Origin: an uncultured Candidatus Saccharibacteria bacterium
Lineage (GTDB): Bacteria > Patescibacteriota > Minisyncoccia > Phycocordibacterales > WO2-35-19
DNA: 64,000 nt
Direction of reading: 5' to 3'
Assembly (NCBI GenBank): GCA_964489135.1
Contig: CAZAXK010000002.1
Span: 25,692 to 89,691 of the forward strand
The position numbers were made by a program, and so were the translations under genes. Positions 38,752 to 46,542 of this stretch are shown piece after piece (the stretch's first letter is position 1; the number at the start of each line of letters is the position of its first letter). A model generated the notes under the pieces. That model had not been told where the DNA came from and searched no databases. It saw only the letters and a program-made list of their open reading frames with translations.

Positions 38752-39021
38752 TTAGGTATTTTTTATTGAAGGGTACTTATCAAATACCGAATTAACAGCA
38801 TTTCTTACTATTTCGCCAGACAGTGCAACATACTCATCAATGAGCTTATGCAAAAGCACCTGCTCATTACCAGAAATGCTTGTAACCTCACCTTGATCAC
38901 TTACAGAAATGCCGGCCACGTTACGCGCCTTTAAGACAGCGATCTGGGGACCAAGAATTACGCTTTGCTTCCTGATGATCTCAGTAAATATTTGTTTGTA
39001 ATCGTCTTTGGAGGGCTCCAT
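38752..39021 (-). CDS. Small soluble hypothetical protein, first gene of the kinase cassette
   Basis: 89-aa ORF from ATG 39021, co-oriented with short spacing to the next gene. Confidence 0.7.
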   Translation of the reverse strand: MEPSKDDYKQIFTEIIRKQSVILGPQIAVLKARNVAGISVSDQGEVTSISGNEQVLLHKLIDEYVALSGEIVRNAVNSVFDKYPSIKNT

Positions 39022-39075
39022 ATACAGATGCATTATATAAGAGGATAGCAAAAATATCCCAGCGAGTGTGGATAC

Positions 39076-39645
39076 TTATGCCAGGTTCTTGCGAGCTTCC
39101 TTCATTACTCTAGCCCAAAAGACGAGCGACTTGAGCATATCTACAGCATTCTTTGACTGTCGCTCGGTAAATTTATAAAGATGATTTTCGTCAAGATTCT
39201 CCCAATAGTTCGGTAGGAGTATCTGCTCTCGGAGATCAAAGACCTTCAACTCCCCCATCACGCCCCTTAGGTGTTCTACGGCGCGCGAACCACCCGCAGC
39301 CGAGCCATAGCTCACAAACACCGCCGGTTTGTAATTCCATTCCTTATACAAGTAGTCAATCGCATTTTTTAGCGCTCCAGGGATTGAGTGGTTGTATTCG
39401 GGAGTAACAAAAACAAACCCATCAGCTCCATCTACTATCTCTGACCATTTTTTCGTATGATCATGTTCATATTTTTGCTCCATGGGGGGATTCTTTTCGT
39501 CTAGGAGAGGCAGGTTTAGCTCTTCTATATCAATAAGTTCGAACTCAGCCTCTTTATTTTCATCTGCAATCTTTTTTAGCCACTGAGACGGTTGAAGATT
39601 AAACTTTCCGGGGCGTGTCGAGCCTGCGATTATTTTTATTTTCAT
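39076..39645 (-). CDS. NADPH-dependent FMN reductase family
   Basis: GSTRPG, VTPEYNHSIPGALKNAIDY, GGSRAVEHLR. Confidence 0.93.
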   Translation of the reverse strand: MKIKIIAGSTRPGKFNLQPSQWLKKIADENKEAEFELIDIEELNLPLLDEKNPPMEQKYEHDHTKKWSEIVDGADGFVFVTPEYNHSIPGALKNAIDYLYKEWNYKPAVFVSYGSAAGGSRAVEHLRGVMGELKVFDLREQILLPNYWENLDENHLYKFTERQSKNAVDMLKSLVFWARVMKEARKNLA

Positions 39646-39677
39646 CGTTTTTGTTGGTTAGAGTGATTGTAATTCGG

Positions 39678-39751
39678 GGTGACCAGTGGGTTCTGCCCCC
39701 ACGACCTCCGCTTCCACAGAGCGGCGCTCTACTAGCTGAGCTATGATCACC
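39678..39751 (-). tRNA. tRNA-His (GTG)
   Basis: G-1:C73 pair, acceptor GTGATCA/TGGTCAC, anticodon arm CCGCT-CTGTGGA-AGCGG, T arm GTGGG-GGCAGAA-CCCAC; CCA not encoded. Confidence 0.92.
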
Positions 39752-39832
39752 ATCAAAAAGCTTAGAGCTAATAGTTTTTAGCTTTAAGTAGCAACATTCT
39801 TGCACAAAAATACGTATTTTTCCAGTTTTTCC

Positions 39833-39894
39833 TTTTCCCCTCGCATCAGACGAGGGGAGGGGGTAATTTTGCTTTAGCAAAATGGGGTGAGGTC
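39833..39894 (-). repeat. Modular palindromic repeat, variant copy
   Basis: GACCTCACCCC...GCGAGGGGAAAA ends shared with the 56635-56699 copy; nested ATTTTGC-TAAA-GCAAAAT palindrome. Confidence 0.75.
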
Positions 39895-39912
39895 TGAAAT
39901 GAAATTGAAAAA

Positions 39913-40560
39913 CTATCGATAATCCGGAGCTTCTTCCGTTATACCGGCGAGGAAATTCGAGTAGCGAGCCAAAGCATAGAGAATACTTGAAAGACGATTG
40001 AGATAGCTTCGAGTATATTGGCCGATCCCTTTCTGAATCTGTTCCTTGGAGGTTACTCCGCCGTTTTTCTCGCCATTTTCAAAAAGCGACATGGTCTGCG
40101 CCTCGGCAACTGCAGTCACTCGCCTCTCAGCGCGTCTTGCTATGGTGCGGGCGATATCGAATATTGCCCCAAGCCCCGCTCCCGCCATTTCGTCCTTGGT
40201 TATCTCCGACGGACCGCCGGATATAAAGAAAGATTTTATCGGAGGCAACTTGGCTTCGATTTTATTTATGAGCTCTTCAACTTCCTTAACCTTGGCTTCT
40301 TCTATACTCTTGTCTGCCCCAGCAAGCTCTGCCTGAATTATGAAAAGGTTCCTCTGAATGTCGTGCACAATCTGACAGAGCGGTATGCCCTCCAAGCTAT
40401 AGCCCAGATAGGCCGACTGGACTTTGCAGAGTCCGAGGAACGAGTTGATCTCATCCATACTCCCAAGGGCCTCCGCTATCGCTGAGGATTTAGAAATACG
40501 TTGATCACAGCCAAAAACCTTGGTTGTGCCGTTGTCCCCTTTGCCAGTAAACAGTGCCAT
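39913..40560 (-). CDS. PduO-type cob(I)alamin adenosyltransferase family
   Basis: FTGKGDNGTT, GSMDEINS, RTIARRAERR, YLNRLS. Confidence 0.9.
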   Translation of the reverse strand: MALFTGKGDNGTTKVFGCDQRISKSSAIAEALGSMDEINSFLGLCKVQSAYLGYSLEGIPLCQIVHDIQRNLFIIQAELAGADKSIEEAKVKEVEELINKIEAKLPPIKSFFISGGPSEITKDEMAGAGLGAIFDIARTIARRAERRVTAVAEAQTMSLFENGEKNGGVTSKEQIQKGIGQYTRSYLNRLSSILYALARYSNFLAGITEEAPDYR

Positions 40561-40622
40561 AATGTCCGCACTATACCAGAGTTTGGGGCGATATCAAGAC
40601 AAAATTTCTATGTGCACAAATG

Positions 40623-40649
40623 AAAAAGCCCCTTTCGGGGTTTTCTTTT
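40623..40649 (-). terminator. Terminator after tRNA-Leu
   Basis: Minus strand AAAACCCC-GAAA-GGGGCTTTTT. Confidence 0.7.
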
Positions 40650-40650
40650 G

Positions 40651-40732
40651 TGCACGGGAGAGGACTTGAACCTCCAAGGATTGCTCCATACGCACCTCAA
40701 GCGTACGCGTATACCAGTTCCGCCACCCGTGC
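40651..40732 (-). tRNA. tRNA-Leu (GAG)
   Basis: GCACGGG/CCCGTGC acceptor, TACGC-TTGAGGT-GCGTA anticodon arm, variable arm, GTTCAAGTC T loop; CCA not encoded. Confidence 0.96.
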
Positions 40733-40770
40733 AATAGAGCCCATTATAAACCAAAATTGGTATTTTTCAA

Positions 40771-40805
40771 TCAAAAAATCGCCCTGATTTTTGGCGATTT
40801 TTTGA
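40771..40805 (-). terminator. Terminator after rplS
   Basis: TCAAAAAATCGCC...GGCGATTTTTTGA inverted repeat. Confidence 0.65.
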
Positions 40806-40820
40806 TTTTTATTATTTGAA

Positions 40821-41294
40821 TTATTCTGTCTTGGTTTCTTCCGTGGTTTCTACCGCTTCCGCCACCCCCTCTTTTGTTTCCTCTGCCTTCGTTTCCTCTA
40901 CCGGTTCTTCGTAGGAATTGTCTGGCAAGTTCTGGATATTTCTCATCTGGCGACGGATCTCTTTGGCAGCCTTGTCGCGGATATGGTAGAGCTTGGCTCG
41001 CCTTACCTTGGATCGTCTTACCACCTCGATCTTATCGATCATTGGCGAGTAAAGTGGGAAAATTCGTTCTACGCCCACACCACTTGCTGTCTTGCGGATT
41101 GTAAATGTAGCACCTGCTTCTTTGCCATGCTTAACAGCGAGACAAAGACCTTCAAAAGCTTGCAGACGTACTTTCGGCTTGCCGGTCTTCTTGTCTTTTT
41201 CGGTGATTTTCTGAGTCACGCGAATAGTGTCTCCACTTCTTATATCGAGATTTTTCCTTTCGCCTATATTTACTGGTGAGATAATCTTTTGCAT
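40821..41294 (-). CDS. rplS: 50S ribosomal protein L19
   Basis: GDTIRV, RLQAFEG, FTIRK..SGVGVERIFPLYSP, VRRAKLY. Confidence 0.96.
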   Translation of the reverse strand: MQKIISPVNIGERKNLDIRSGDTIRVTQKITEKDKKTGKPKVRLQAFEGLCLAVKHGKEAGATFTIRKTASGVGVERIFPLYSPMIDKIEVVRRSKVRRAKLYHIRDKAAKEIRRQMRNIQNLPDNSYEEPVEETKAEETKEGVAEAVETTEETKTE

Positions 41295-41295
41295 T

Positions 41296-42144
41296 TTAGT
41301 TTTTTTGCTTTCCTACTTTCCTTCGGCTCACAATATACTTATTCGAATACTTCTTCGACTTCCTAGACTTCTGACCCTTGCCAGTCGGCTTACCCCAAAG
41401 AGAAATAGCTCTCCTTCGGCCTCTACCCTGTCTACCTTCACCACCTCCGTGTGGGTGGTCTACTGGGTTCATGGCGGTACCACGTACTGTCGGTCGGATA
41501 CCCTTCCAGCGTGAACGTCCGGCTTTGCCAAGATTTTCGAGTTGTTTCTCGCTATTGCCCACTTCACCGATCGATGCTGAGCAAATATCGCGAACCTTTC
41601 TTATTTCGCTCGATGGCAACTTTATATCCACAAGGCCCGCGTCTTTAGCGATAACTTGTGCAAAGCTGCCGGCCGAACGGACCATCTTCGCCCCAGATTT
41701 TGGCTTTATTTCAATATTGTATACAAATGTGCCGACCGGAATATCTCGGAGCAATGTTCGATTGCCCGGAATTATAGGAGCGTTCTCAGCCACTATCCTT
41801 TCTTCCCCCACCTCAACACCCTTGGGCAAAAGCACATAGCGCTTCTCACCGTCTTTGTAGACTGCAAGGCCAATGAAGCCGGTTCGATTGGGATCATATT
41901 CTACCGAGGTGATCTTGAAAGGAATGCCAATTTTATCGTATTTGAAATCGATCATTCGATAGAGCTTCTTGTGCCCTCCCCCTTTGTGACGCACAGTTAT
42001 GCGGCCCACATTGTTTCTACCAACGGCCCTCTTGCGTCCAAAAGTAAGAGCTTTTTCTGGGCCCTTTTTAGAAAGCACCGTCGAGTACTTTATGACCGAC
42101 ATGTGGCGTCTCGATTTGGTTGTAGGTTTGTAGGTCTTGATCAT
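41296..42144 (-). CDS. rplB: 50S ribosomal protein L2
   Basis: GRITVRHKGGG, EYDPNR, RPTVRGTAMNPVDHPHGGGEG. Confidence 0.98.
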   Translation of the reverse strand: MIKTYKPTTKSRRHMSVIKYSTVLSKKGPEKALTFGRKRAVGRNNVGRITVRHKGGGHKKLYRMIDFKYDKIGIPFKITSVEYDPNRTGFIGLAVYKDGEKRYVLLPKGVEVGEERIVAENAPIIPGNRTLLRDIPVGTFVYNIEIKPKSGAKMVRSAGSFAQVIAKDAGLVDIKLPSSEIRKVRDICSASIGEVGNSEKQLENLGKAGRSRWKGIRPTVRGTAMNPVDHPHGGGEGRQGRGRRRAISLWGKPTGKGQKSRKSKKYSNKYIVSRRKVGKQKN

Positions 42145-42148
42145 GGTT

Positions 42149-42442
42149 TTAATATTCTATCTTGTCTTTCTTGTTAAGGTACACATAAGCCTTCTTGACG
42201 CCTTGCTTTAACCCCTTCTTGCCTCGCACGATAACCTGCTTGGCCGGATTGGTAGCAATGGTCACCTTGATTGGGTCTACACCATAAAACGCCTTGACGG
42301 CCTTTCTGACCTGTAATTTGGTGGCTGTCCTCGCAATCTCAAAAGTATGTACGTTCTTTTCGGAAACGCTGTTGGCCTTCTCGGTTATCCTTGGTCTTAG
42401 GATTACATGTGCGTATTTTGCTTTTTCGGGGTTCGTTGCCAT
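42149..42442 (-). CDS. rplW: 50S ribosomal protein L23
   Basis: PRITEK, ATK.QVRKAV, KKAYVYL. Start ATG 42442. Confidence 0.95.
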   Translation of the reverse strand: MATNPEKAKYAHVILRPRITEKANSVSEKNVHTFEIARTATKLQVRKAVKAFYGVDPIKVTIATNPAKQVIVRGKKGLKQGVKKAYVYLNKKDKIEY

Positions 42443-42443
42443 T

Positions 42444-43103
42444 TTATTTTGCTCTTTTTGCCAAAACTTCAACTGATTTCTCCGGGTTTTCTATTATCAA
42501 AAATTTGTATTTCAAAACATCGACAGGGTTTAGATCTTGGGTCTTGCCAATCTCGAGGTTTGCAAAGTTTCTAAAACTTTTGAGTGCACCTTCCTTGACC
42601 TCAAACAAAGAAACAAAGCCAGCATTTTTCTTGGCAGACAGTTTCTCAAAGCCCTTAATCTTCGCAAGCGACGTCAAAACCTTTTTGGCCTCGGCCGTCT
42701 TCGGAGTACCCATATCCAAACTTTCTACAAAGATAACTTTGCCTTCTTTGAGCTTCTGAGAAAGTACGGAGAACAAAGCACCTGCTCTCATCTTCTTATT
42801 GATCTTGGAGTCGTAATTACGATCATTTCTTGGCCCATGAGAAATACCTCCACCTACCCAGATCGGGCTTCTTCTTGAACCATGACGAGCCCTACCGGTA
42901 CCTTTCTGTTTCCATGGCTTCTTGCCGGTACCGCTAACTTCGCCTCTGTTCTTGGTATGAGCTATAGGAGTTCGAGCATTAGCCATCATAGCGGTTACAA
43001 CTTGCTGAACCAAAGCTTCGTTCCACTTTGCACCAAACACCGCCTCTGGCAACTTTATTTTGCCACTCTCCTGTCCTTTTTGGTTATAAACGATTGATTC
43101 CAT
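42444..43103 (-). CDS. rplD: 50S ribosomal protein L4
   Basis: TKNRGEVSG..KKPWKQKGTGRARHGS. Start ATG 43103. Confidence 0.97.
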   Translation of the reverse strand: MESIVYNQKGQESGKIKLPEAVFGAKWNEALVQQVVTAMMANARTPIAHTKNRGEVSGTGKKPWKQKGTGRARHGSRRSPIWVGGGISHGPRNDRNYDSKINKKMRAGALFSVLSQKLKEGKVIFVESLDMGTPKTAEAKKVLTSLAKIKGFEKLSAKKNAGFVSLFEVKEGALKSFRNFANLEIGKTQDLNPVDVLKYKFLIIENPEKSVEVLAKRAK

Positions 43104-43172
43104 GATTGTAAGTTGCAAGTTTATCAAGTTTTTAAAGTATAAAGTATATTGAAGTATTTGACTTGATGAACT

Positions 43173-43790
43173 TTATGAACTTTTTACTTCTACTAAGGTT
43201 CCTCGTCTGCCCGGTATCGCACCAGAAACCATGATCGTATTGTTCTCCTTATCCAAAGCAATTATTTCGAGGTTTTTGACCGTTACTCTGTCACCACCCA
43301 TTCGTCCGGCCATACGCATTCCTTTGGCCACGCGACCTCCGTCGCGACCACCTCCACCAATAGATCCTGGCTCTCTCTCGGAGTGCTTCTGACCGTGGCT
43401 TCGTGGGCCACCCCCGAATCCATGCCTTTTGACCACACCTTGAAATCCTTTACCTTTGGAGATACCGGCAACAGTTACCTTATCACCAACAGCAAAGATG
43501 TCAGGCGACACAACGTCACCTTTCTTCATCTCTCCTACGTCCTCAATTCTGCTTTCTTTAATTACTGCAAAGGATCCAAGATCTTTGGTGTGGCCCTTTA
43601 CTGCCTTCGATACATTCTTGCCACTTACTTTTCCAAAGCCAAATTGAAGGGCGTTGTAGCCATCTTTCTCTTTGGTTTTCACCTGAGTTACAGTCATGGC
43701 TCCGGTGGTCAAGACCGTTGCTGGCCTCACCTTTCCGTCCTCGCCAAAAACTTGAACCATGTTTTCTTTTTTTGCCAAAATGAATTTCAT
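43173..43790 (-). CDS. rplC: 50S ribosomal protein L3
   Basis: KDGYNALQ, SKGKGFQGVVKRHGF, MAGRMGG. Start ATG 43790. Confidence 0.97.
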   Translation of the reverse strand: MKFILAKKENMVQVFGEDGKVRPATVLTTGAMTVTQVKTKEKDGYNALQFGFGKVSGKNVSKAVKGHTKDLGSFAVIKESRIEDVGEMKKGDVVSPDIFAVGDKVTVAGISKGKGFQGVVKRHGFGGGPRSHGQKHSEREPGSIGGGGRDGGRVAKGMRMAGRMGGDRVTVKNLEIIALDKENNTIMVSGAIPGRRGTLVEVKSS

Positions 43791-43886
43791 ATCGTAAGAA
43801 AAAGCCCCATATGGCTTTCGAACAAATTTAACAGATATGCAAGAATTATGCAAGCTCTAAGCAGTCTTTTTCTCTCCTCCAAAACA

Positions 43887-43920
43887 AAAGCCACCCTTCG
43901 ACAAGCTTGAGGTGGCTTTT
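43887..43920. terminator. Hairpin between rpsJ and rplC containing a CCCTTCGAC-type repeat
   Basis: AAAAGCCACC...GGTGGCTTTT inverted repeat. Confidence 0.6.
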
Positions 43921-43942
43921 GCACGCGATTTTTATCTCAGCG

Positions 43943-44308
43943 TTATATGATCTTTACATCAATCGAAACCCCGCTTGGCAGAGAGAGATTGGTAAGAGCC
44001 TCCATAATCTTGGGTGTTGGGCTAATTATATCTATAACCCTCCTATGCACCCGCATCTCAAACTGCTCTCGCGAGTTCTTGTAGACGAATGGAGATCGAT
44101 TGACTGTATATTTCTTGATTTCTGTGGGTAGAGGCACCGGACCAACAACCTGTGCATCGTAGCGCAAAGCCGTATCGATTATCTGCTTTACAGATAAATC
44201 CAATACTTTGTATTCGTAGGCCTTGACTCTTATGCGCAATTTCGAAACCGCTTCTTCCTTTTTGGAAGAGCTCTTTTTCTTTGTTGTTTTTAAGGTGCTT
44301 TCAGACAT
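43943..44308 (-). CDS. rpsJ: 30S ribosomal protein S10
   Basis: [19 protein letters not shown]...[11 protein letters not shown]. Confidence 0.97.
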   Translation of the reverse strand: MSESTLKTTKKKSSSKKEEAVSKLRIRVKAYEYKVLDLSVKQIIDTALRYDAQVVGPVPLPTEIKKYTVNRSPFVYKNSREQFEMRVHRRVIDIISPTPKIMEALTNLSLPSGVSIDVKII

Positions 44309-44336
44309 TTTGGTGATCTTACCTGAAGCTTAATTG

Positions 44337-45539
44337 TTATGCAACTATCTTGGTTACCACTCCGGCTCCCACAGTCTTGCCACCTTCACGGATAGCAAAG
44401 CGCTGTTGAGCTTCCAGAGCGACCGGAGCCACAAGCTTTACCTTGAAGGTTACGGTGTCTCCCGGCATAACCATTTCTACTCCTTCAGCGAGAGTCACCT
44501 CTCCTGTTACGTCGGTTGTTCGGATGTAAAACTGAGGTTTGTAGCCAGTAAAGAATGGGGTGTGGCGACCACCTTCTTCCTTCTTCAAGATGTAGACCTC
44601 AGCTTCAAAGTCGGTGTGAGGAGTCACTGAGCCCGGCTTAGCAATAACCTGACCTCGGTGGACGTCTTCTTTCTTCAAGCCACGGAGGAGGATACCAGCG
44701 TTGTCGCCAGCCATACCTTCATTGAGTTGCTTGTTGAACATTTCGATACCGGTGATGGTGGTCTTCTGAGCATCGCGCAGGCCGATTACTTCAACTTCTT
44801 CGCCAACCTTAGCAATACCTCTTTCTATCTTACCAGTTACCACTGTACCTCGGCCTTCAATAGAGAAGATGTCTTCTATTGGCATGAGGAATGGCTTTTC
44901 TGTATCGCGAACTGGATTTGGAATGTAAGAGTCGAGAGTGGTGATAAGCTCCATAACCTTTTGAGCCCATTCATCATCCATGCTCTTGGCTTCCAAAGCC
45001 TTGAGGCCAGAACCGCGGATAATTGGAGTATTTGCACCGTCGTATTGGTTCTTGGTCAAAAGATCGCGGATTTCTTCTTCTACCAAGTCGATCATGTCCT
45101 TATCAGGCACCATGTCGCACTTGTTTAGGAATACGATTATTCGAGGCACACCCACTTGGCGAGCAAGAAGGACGTGCTCTCTGGTCTGAGGCATCGCGCC
45201 GTCTGTAGCAGCGACGACAAGTACCGCGCCGTCCATTTGAGCGGCACCGGTGATCATGTTCTTGATGTAGTCGGCGTGGCCCGGAGCGTCAATGTGAGCA
45301 TAGTGTCTCCCTGGAGTCCAGTATTCTGAGTGGTGAAGAGCAATTGTAATACCTCTCGCCTTTTCTTCTGGAGCATTGTCGATATTATCGACTGCTTCTA
45401 CTCGGGCACCAAAGCCCTTGTCCTTGTTCATATCGAGAACATGGAGGATGGAGGCGGTGAGAGTGGTCTTGCCGTGGTCAACGTGGCCAATTGTGCCGAC
45501 GTTTACGTGTGGCTTCGAACGATCAAATGTATCTGCCAT
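44337..45539 (-). CDS. tuf: Elongation factor Tu
   Basis: [46 protein letters not shown]. Confidence 0.99.
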   Translation of the reverse strand: MADTFDRSKPHVNVGTIGHVDHGKTTLTASILHVLDMNKDKGFGARVEAVDNIDNAPEEKARGITIALHHSEYWTPGRHYAHIDAPGHADYIKNMITGAAQMDGAVLVVAATDGAMPQTREHVLLARQVGVPRIIVFLNKCDMVPDKDMIDLVEEEIRDLLTKNQYDGANTPIIRGSGLKALEAKSMDDEWAQKVMELITTLDSYIPNPVRDTEKPFLMPIEDIFSIEGRGTVVTGKIERGIAKVGEEVEVIGLRDAQKTTITGIEMFNKQLNEGMAGDNAGILLRGLKKEDVHRGQVIAKPGSVTPHTDFEAEVYILKKEEGGRHTPFFTGYKPQFYIRTTDVTGEVTLAEGVEMVMPGDTVTFKVKLVAPVALEAQQRFAIREGGKTVGAGVVTKIVA

Positions 45540-45662
45540 ATTTTTATAATTAAATCTTGTTATTAATTCTAAATTTCAAATCTTGGAACAGGCTTCCAGT
45601 TTGCCAAAAATAAACAAAATACTTCGGACAAAGAAAAACCTGCTCCGCCGATCATCTGAAAC

Positions 45663-45690
45663 ATAATAGCAAAACCAGAGGCCCTGTCAA
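45663..45690 (-). promoter_or_regulatory. Sigma70-type promoter of tuf
   Basis: TTGACA-16 nt-TATTAT, preceded by TGn. Confidence 0.6.
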
Positions 45691-45711
45691 ACCTTTATAA
45701 ATCTTTGGCAT

Positions 45712-46215
45712 CTAATCTTCAAACCGGCCGGTAACCCACTCGAATTCTGATTGCCAATTACGACCCGAGCAACTCCATCCGGGGCTAGACTGCGACACCC
45801 CAGAAATACTTTCAAGATCTACCACGCCCAAAACGTAGTAAGCCCCTCTGCCGACAGGACAACTATAGTCCCCTGCGGCATATCGATAGTAGCGATAATT
45901 ACCACAAGAGTCGTTGGTTGAGGGGTCTGACAAATCTTTCATCATGTTGTTTGAGGCAAGCGGAGTAATAAAGCTCCCATTGCCCGGCGTGTCCCACCCG
46001 CCGCAACCAGCATTGTCGGAATTTGGATATTGATTGAAGGTTAGGCGATAAACTTCGAGAGCATTCATCATCTGCCTCATTTCCGAGAGTCTTTTGGCAT
46101 CTCTCGCTTTGTTGCGAGCCCCATTCAAAGCCGAAAGCACTATGGAGGACAGCACACCGATGATCGCGATAACCACAAGTAGTTCTATTAACGTAAACCC
46201 CCTATTTCTATACAT
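45712..46215 (-). CDS. Type IV pilin / pseudopilin
   Basis: RG-FTLIELLVVIAIIGVL prepilin motif, ARDAKR, four Cys in the head domain. Confidence 0.93.
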   Translation of the reverse strand: MYRNRGFTLIELLVVIAIIGVLSSIVLSALNGARNKARDAKRLSEMRQMMNALEVYRLTFNQYPNSDNAGCGGWDTPGNGSFITPLASNNMMKDLSDPSTNDSCGNYRYYRYAAGDYSCPVGRGAYYVLGVVDLESISGVSQSSPGWSCSGRNWQSEFEWVTGRFED

Positions 46216-46228
46216 CTAAATCTATAAA

Positions 46229-46528
46229 TTACACAAATATCTCTGTGGTGGTTCTCTTGAGGCGCGACATTTCATCGGCCACCACATCTTTGAATCCTGA
46301 GACTCGCTCTTTTAGAAACTCGATTACTTTTTGGTAATCGTCACCCGCGTTAGTAATAATTTGGTCAAAATCATTCATGGTCGGCTCGTCCATAAGCTCT
46401 ACGGACCGCTCAACGACATATTCAAACAAGATCCCCCCAATCTTTTCGATACATTTATTCTGGTCTTCCTCGGTCATCTCGGAAAGCCCGAAGTCGCTGA
46501 TTATTTTTTTTCTTAAATTTTCATCCAT
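46229..46528 (-). CDS. Small acidic hypothetical protein (DUF5663-like)
   Basis: 99-aa helical acidic ORF; family call from recalled pattern only. Confidence 0.55.
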   Translation of the reverse strand: MDENLRKKIISDFGLSEMTEEDQNKCIEKIGGILFEYVVERSVELMDEPTMNDFDQIITNAGDDYQKVIEFLKERVSGFKDVVADEMSRLKRTTTEIFV

Positions 46529-46542
46529 TAGCTTTGTTTATT

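Noticed and set aside
40611-40655. TGTGCAC duplication at the tRNA-Leu 3' end as an att site
   Set aside because: Only 7 bp, 38 nt apart, and no integrase or island present
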